Source: Leucoraja ocellata | Lineage: Eukaryota | Assembly (NCBI GenBank): GCA_036785375.1 | Contig: JAWMAR010000151.1 | Span: forward strand, 3,100,001-3,164,000 | Direction of reading: 5' to 3' | DNA: 64,000 nucleotides | Shown: positions 57,301 through 64,000 of the stretch, piece by piece | How the letters are laid out: every line of letters starts with the position of its first letter | How positions within the stretch are numbered: position 1 is the first letter of the stretch | Made by a program: the position numbers and the translations under genes | Notes under the pieces: generated by a model | Databases searched by the model: none | What the model was told of the DNA's origin: nothing | What the model saw: only the letters and a program-made list of their open reading frames with translations

Positions 57301-59651
57301 GAAAATGCATGTCTAATTGTGGAAGGTTCTGATATTAACGGATTTACTCCTTGAGGTCAGAAATTTCAAACGATGCTGGTGCTGCGTTTCTGGTCCAGTG
57401 GCAATGTTTAGCTGCTGAAATCACACCCAATAATGTTTCACACACACTCATGCACACGCACATGCACACATGCAAAGTTGTTAGATTGGTTGAAACATTT
57501 CTAGCCCAAATATACATCCATCGTCCATGGTCCTTAACATGATTCTAAGAGAATAGATATTAAACATAACACCATGCAACAACTAATTAACACAGAATAG
57601 ACCATTTTCAGGAACCCAAATATTAACACTCACAGGTGACGCAGCTTGGAAATGGAGCATGTTTTACAGATCTCAAAATGCACTGCCAAGACAATGCATC
57701 TTAAACTGTGCAATATATCAACAGTGACATTTTGGAGGGTTATGAACCTCTCGTGGCATTTATCGACAGAAACCCCTGTGTTGATGGTATTTCCTTTTTT
57801 TACACAAAAAATGACATTATAATTTGCAGTTGGATTGATCAGATTTAGGTTACGAACACCAATTCATACACTCTTCTCCATAAAGGATTGCATATATATC
57901 TATTAACAGTGAATTGTGGATAATAACAAAGCACTTTAGCCCTTCTCCCCCTGCCCACATCTTTAATCCTTTGAAGAATTGTCCCTTGTCAATAAAACTG
58001 GCAGAGAAGGAAAGGGTATTTTTCCACACCTGTTGTCATGATGTGTTGGGCACTACAGAATGTGTGGTGGGAAAATATTTGGTTGTAAATTTCCATAGTG
58101 AATTGCCTGTCCACTCGAGTAATAAATAATTGAGTGGGACCAAGCAATTAGCTCTTTCTAAAAGCTAGCACAGCCTTGGCCTGTCGCTATCAGAGCTGGG
58201 GGTGAGTTTACATGTACATTTTTGAACATGTCAAGTGTAACAAACAATATTAAGAACCACTGGCTGATCTTATTTTTGAGCAGGATTCTTTCAACTGCTG
58301 TTGCTCCGGCTGAGACTGACAAGATGGACTCACATTAATGATCTTCATGGCTTGATGAAGCCATCAAGTTTGGAACTCACTTGAGTGTGAGTTCCTAATT
58401 AGCAAACTATAAGCATTCGAGTTATAATACTCCAGTCTTCCCACTATATGGGGAGGCTGCTTATGAACAGGGTTACGTCAGTACTATCAGTAGGATTACT
58501 AGCCCTCCAGAAATCTCAGTAAGATTATTGTAAAACCATGTCACAATGTCAACTTAGTTCAGACAATGCCTAAATTGGGGTGTCTCATTTTTTAACCCCT
58601 GACAATGCCAATTAATATACATGAATGCTTCCTTTGTGTTGTGGTTGTAGATGATGGGAAAATAATATGGTTCTACTGTAGTGATCATTACAGTCCTCTG
58701 TCTGCTCCATTGATCCAAAAACCTGAACATTTAATCTGTACCTCACCGTAAGTGAAGACTGTGATCCATCATGTCTCTGTGGAAGCAGATTGTCCAATCT
58801 GTAGCAATCCAGTAAAATCCATTGAGCTAATGGCTACAATGTCAGGTGCATTGTGGAAATAGATGATCCTCATGGATTGATGAGTTTGTTGGGAGATGCT
58901 CTCCCGCAATGTAATTAGAACCTCTGCTGACAATTTATTTAATACAAATACTGGGATTCACTAACTCACAAAATGGAAACCATATTGATAGGAGTTAGAA
59001 ACACTAGGAGAAATAGTCAAAACTGGTCTCGACATGGGGTGCAGAGAGATGCTGGATTTATGCTTTAGGAAAATCAGAGGATCTTTTCCCAGGAGGTTAA
59101 ATGAGCAGGTAGTATCTTGGCAGTGCAACTGACAGGCTTGATGGATTATGCATCATTTCCGCCTACCACATTTTCTCATGAACTTAAACAGATGACATTT
59201 ATAGGGGGAGTTGGAGATGGCAATAATGAGAATGAGGTGAGGAAGGAAAGATGAGTGGATGATTTGGACTGAGGGGTAGAATGGGAAGGAATGGATGGAA
59301 GGAAGAAGGATGGATAAGAAATCCAAGAAGATGAGGAAAGTGAAGAGAGAAGTGGTGGTGGTGGTGGGTGGGGGGGGGGGGGGGGGGGGGTTGCAGAGAG
59401 AAGGAACAGGAGAAGGAGAGACAAGAGGGCAGAGTTGGAGTGTGAATGGAGTTAGGTCACAAAGTCCTCTTCAAAAGTTGATGGACTGGGAACATTTTCT
59501 TTGATTAAGTTGGGCCCTTTAAGGCATGGCGGTGATGCTGATGAATGTATCTGAACCAGCCAATGGAATCGAGGATTCCATATTATAAGTGACAGAACAA
59601 ACCAAATCCAAGAGAGCACAGCACTTCACACACATGGTCACCCAAACAAAC

Positions 59652-59714
59652 CTCCTTGGGAGAGAACACCCCCAGAGACTCCAGCAACATCTGAGCTGCT
59701 CTTCTCCGTTCAAT
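59652..59714 (-). CDS. KIF1A: Candidate alternative KIF1A cassette exon IERRRAAQMLLESLGVFSPKE
   Basis: 63 nt, phase 0-0 matching the host intron, open frame; long pyrimidine-rich region then TTCCTGTTAG acceptor; GAG|GTTTGT donor; ends in LGVFSPKE, like LGVFSPKK of the preceding exon. Confidence 0.65.
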
Positions 59715-60429
59715 CTAACAGGAATTAAACAGTTGCAGGGTTGAGCACGAGTTGGGAGGGGTGAGGAGTTAAAACGGTGGGAAAGTGAAGGAGATAGCAA
59801 ACACAAAAGACACCGATATACAATTTATAAAGCAGCAATTATTATAATTTAGATGGTGTGCAGCTGATAGGAGTTAAAACAAAGGCATTTTACACATACT
59901 CAATGTGGATAAATGTTAACAAAATCTTCACAGATGAACATGGCCGCAATACAATTATGCATTAGCACATACACACATGCGCACTCGATCAAATGTGCGC
60001 ATACACAGACACATACAAGAACACATATGTACGTGCATGCCACACACACACACACAAAGGGAAAAAAACCCTCCTTCTTACTATTCATCCATTGGGAAAA
60101 GACGCCTCTGTTTTGGAGGCTTGGGTTTCTGTTCACCATTTTTTTCGATGACCTACATGTTGTTATCCCAATAATGTTTGCAGAGAATATTTCAATGTCA
60201 AAAAGACAATCTATTTTAACCTCCATATCATTGTCCACCTGCACCTTTCTCAGTTCGCTTTCTGGTGAAATCCTCATCCCAGCTTTTATTGCAACTGGTT
60301 AACTTTTCTAATATATTCCCGATGCTCTCACTCAATCTCCAGCAGGTAAACTTCAAATCGTCTAAAACGTGATCGATGATGTTCAGGTGGCACTAATTGC
60401 AGTTTGTCTCTCACCACTGTATTTGCTGA

Positions 60430-60760
60430 CTTGTACTAGCTCGCAGTTTACCATTCCTTCATTTTAAGATACTCATCTTTTGAGATCGTCTCATGCCCTC
60501 GTGCCTCCATATTTCCTTAATCTCTTCCAAGCCTACAACCTTCTGAAAGATCTGCACTCCATCAACCTTGGATCTGATTGTTTCACCAATGGCTCCATAC
60601 ACTCAGCTGCCATGCCCCTAACGTGATTTACCTCAATAAACCTTTTCTTCTGAAAATCAAACTCTTTTCTATCTTAATATTTCATATGACTTTCTGACAA
60701 ACTCTCCTATGAAGTGTCTTAGAACATTCTGCCTACAGAATATCATATCTGTAAGATTTG
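60430..60760 (+). mobile_element. L2-type LINE 3' fragment (old)
   Basis: Remnant FKILI…SHALVPPYFLNLFQAYNLLKDL. Confidence 0.45.
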
Positions 60761-61327
60761 ATAAACTAATTAGGTGTTTAAATTTGTAGATGAAAGATGT
60801 TCAAGGAAGTACCACCAAACCTCATTTCTGAAATTTAAGCCTATAAACGCTATTCCAAGACCTCTTGGATAATTGGCTTGGCAAACATTCATCTTCTAAC
60901 CATACACATAGTTTCTAACCAAACACAAGGAGGTCATTCATCTCCTTTTTTTATGATACTTCACTGCGGGGTTAAACTAACACATTTCAATAAGTAGAAA
61001 AAATGAGTGTAAACATCATGCATTGGATACATGTCTTCCAGTATGTTTCTCATCGATGTAGCAAAGGTAAATATATTTTTCTGATCTCCCTCTACTGGAG
61101 TTGCAGAACAATTACATTCATGATGGTTTGCCTTTTGATTTGACGCAGAAGAGAAATCATTAATCTGCTTCATGAACAGATATTACAGAGCATGGGAAGT
61201 ATGTTTTCCCAACCATCAAGGGGCTCATCCAAAACCATCCATTCAAAACTTTCATTAAGTAGCACCCTCATTCCCACATCTCTGGACAATTAAGAAAAAA
61301 AATTGGCTTTCAACTTCTTCAGACTCA

Positions 61328-61450
<123 letters not shown>

Positions 61451-62009
61451 CTACACAATAAATGATTTGGGCTATTGACTCTAGCAAAAGGGAATAAATG
61501 ATGGCTGGATAAAAACTTATACTGTGCACTGAAACTCTGGCAGTCTGCAGCTGACCAACAAGCAATTGCCGGGAGACGAGCCTGTGAACTGGTTACCCGA
61601 GGGCAGTTGTGCAGGGAATAAGTTAAAAATATGTATCAAGATGAATAAGGATACAATGATCCGAAAGGACAGGGAAGAAACGTCTGTGATGAACCAGTAC
61701 ACGTAATATTAGTCCTCTCAGATAGTGCTCGATAGTCTCTACACTAGCTATTAAATTCATGATCACTTTCAGCACTAACAGGCTCTTATTCCATATCACC
61801 ATAGAATGCTATTTGGCCAATTGAATTTATGCTGGCTCTCAGAGCAATCTTTTCCAATTATTTATTGGTAGCCTATTCTATCACAAATGCCATTGATATC
61901 CTCGGCATTTCTACAGGATCTACAGTTGGCATTTAACCTAATGACCAGCATGTCCTTGAGATGTACAAATTACTGGTTGCACGAGTTGTATAAATCATTG
62001 ATTAGGCTG

Positions 62010-62500
62010 CAGCTGGAGGATTGTGTGCAGTACTGAACTCCATGCTATGTGAAGGATATGATTGAGAGAGGGTGCAGAAAGTATTCAATGGACTTGCCTT
62101 TGTTGGAGAGCATGAGCTATAAGGAGAGATTAAATAGGCTGTCAGTTTTCCCTGGAGCAAAGGAGGCTGAGGGATGAATCTATAGAGATTTATAAAATTA
62201 TGAGGGACATAGATATGGTAGATTGTCTTTTTCCCACGATAGGGCAGACTAAAACTAGAAAGCATTGGTTTATGGTGAAAGGAGAAAGATTTAAAAGGTA
62301 TTTGAAGATCATTTTTTTCACACAGTGGTGAGTATGTCAGCGGAGTTAGAGGTGGCCAGTACAATTACAGTGATTAAATGACATTTGATAGAAAGATGTG
62401 AGGGATATGGGCCAATTGCACGCAAATGGGATTGGTGTAGACAGGCATCATGTGTTGTTCCAAAGGGCCTGTTTCCTTGCTTTATAATTCTATGAATGAA
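62010..62500 (+). mobile_element. CR1 3' fragment
   Basis: Similar to 17090-17610. Confidence 0.7.
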
Positions 62501-62608
62501 TATAGGAGGAAATCAGAATACCTGTGGAAAATTCACAGAAAGAAGGTCACAGAAAGAATGTTCAAACTCCGCACAGAGAGCACCAGAGGTCAGCATCAAA
62601 CCCTGGTA

Positions 62609-63020
62609 CTCGCCCAGAGGCCTTTATCGATGCGCCGCGTCCCGATGCCTCCCGGATCGCCACGTACAAGCCCAGGTCGGGCCCGGCCGGAGCCTCGCGG
62701 GTCAGAGTCTGGGTCGGCGGAGCAGCCGGCAGAGCCCGCGGCTGGAGCCCGGGTCGGCACCACTGAGGCGTGAAATGGGGCGGTGGTGATGCCTTGGCGG
62801 CGGTGAAGCCTCGCAGGTCGACCCAGTCGACGAGAGCATGGAGGAGGGGAAGAACAATGGGGACCCGACGTGGGGGTCCGCTGGGGGGATACACACATAC
62901 ACACAAAAGGAGGAACCGGTGTGCTTTGTAACCTTGTCAGCGCCGTAGGTGGCTGCTATTTGTATACATTGTGTATGGAATCAAGGAATCTCACTGTGAC
63001 AATAAAAAATTCCTCCTATT
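62609..63020 (+). mobile_element. GC-rich non-autonomous retroelement (5'-truncated) inserted into a minus-strand SINE
   Basis: CCTGGTA at 62602-08 and 63021-27; 3' TCACTGTGACAATAAA. Confidence 0.6.
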
Positions 63021-63527
63021 CCTGGTAACTGGAGCAGTGAGAAACCTGGAGTATTACTGTGCTGCCCTTAATCTCGATTGATTTCAAAACTCAAAGTGAA
63101 TGAAGAGATGCATAAGATTGTACACCAGTATCTCAGAGGTCTCTCCAATCTCAGCCACTTTCTTTCCACAATGGCTTCCATCTATTCATTTCTGGCTAGT
63201 TTTCAGATGGATACAAATACCCTCCTCACCACCCAGCACTGTCCAACGCATCAGAGTGACGCACTGAAGTGTGGTTTAAGAGATTATCAGTGACATGGGA
63301 ATAGCCCAGCATTGATGTAAATATTGTATCCATTCTAAAGAAACCTCAGCTGTCAGAACGCAGTTAAAAAGATTACTAGAACACAAAACATTGGTGGCAC
63401 TATTTATTATTATTATGAATATCAGAGGAGCCTTGATTCAAGTATGAGCCACTCAGTCTTCAGTCTTTACCTTCCAATCAGATCATGGCTGATGCTAAGA
63501 GAACAAAGGCTTGGACTCACCTGACGA

Positions 63528-63532
<5 letters not shown>

Positions 63533-63566
<34 letters not shown>
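63533..63566. repeat. Poly-C/G homopolymer
   Basis: Uninterrupted run of about 34 C. Confidence 0.9.
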
Positions 63567-63568
<2 letters not shown>

Positions 63569-63947
63569 ACCCCCTCTTGCGGTTCCCCTGTTTATGGATA
63601 AACAATAAATGCTGACCTTGCCAGCAAAAACCAACCTCACATGAGTGATTACCATAACAATGTATTGTGAGCTGGAGGACGCAGGAACAATAATTAAATT
63701 CCTTCACCAACTAAAATAAACTTCTGACTGCTTGATCTTAACAAAGCTGCTGAGAGGTCTCCCCATGAGGGATTTGTGTGCGCATTAATTAATCAGCAAT
63801 TCAGCATTTTATTGAAACAATGGCATTGCTAAGAGTTTCAATGGTCCTTAGACAAACATGTTGATTGTGAAGCACCAGTATTTAATGCTGTTGTTCCCTG
63901 AATACAATTAGGTTACTCACTAACTCAATTTGCTAACTTGGTTACAA

Positions 63948-64000
63948 GCGGCACAGTGGCGCAATGGTAGAATTGTTGCCTTACGATGCCAGCGACCAGA
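63948..64000 (+). mobile_element. 5' end of a tRNA-derived SINE, truncated by the window edge
   Basis: A-box TGGCGCAATGGTAG in GCGGCACAGTGGCGCAATGG. Confidence 0.6.

Noticed and set aside
57348-57475. 64/67-nt AG..GT segment preceded by three TGCATG motifs
   Set aside because: Out of frame with a weak donor, and the motifs lie in a CA-type microsatellite where they arise by chance.
59900-60395. Minus-strand frames with RGVFSQ and RLSES…NKSWDEDF..KRTE, faintly like KIF1A CC1
   Set aside because: No phase-0 donor or credible acceptor, in-frame stops, and similarity too weak to call by eye.
63460-63535. Two donor-like sites next to the poly-C run, as a possible upstream KIF1A exon
   Set aside because: No match to the expected ETEKIIAELNETWEEK exon, which must lie beyond 64000.

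Overview
Vertebrate genomic DNA; the repeat repertoire (CR1, Rex/Babar, tRNA-SINEs, Penelope-type palindromic repeats) suggests a cartilaginous fish, probably a skate or ray (inference). The whole window lies inside one minus-strand gene, the neuronal kinesin-3 KIF1A. I mapped 22 GT-AG coding exons by hand (61409 down to 2660; 2610 nt, 870 codons, splice phases consistent at every junction). They cover the end of CC1, the FHA domain, CC2/CC3, the acidic exon and the DUF3694 region; the motor and PH exons lie outside the window. The introns are full of transposon relics and include two assembly gaps. The most interesting extras are: (1) a 195-nt phase-symmetric candidate cassette exon (9027-9221) encoding an acidic LIR-like motif, SEEEDYVHL; (2) a 63-nt candidate exon (59652-59714) that repeats LGVFSPK in the CC1-FHA linker; (3) dispersed repeats carrying degenerate hammerhead-ribozyme cores; (4) inverted CR1 copies able to form kilobase dsRNA and flanking a 348-nt exon block that would circularise into a stop-free ORF; (5) a 24-nt locally templated insertion. 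All KIF1A/KIF1B comparisons are from memory, not database searches, and repeat boundaries are approximate unless a target-site duplication (TSD) is given.
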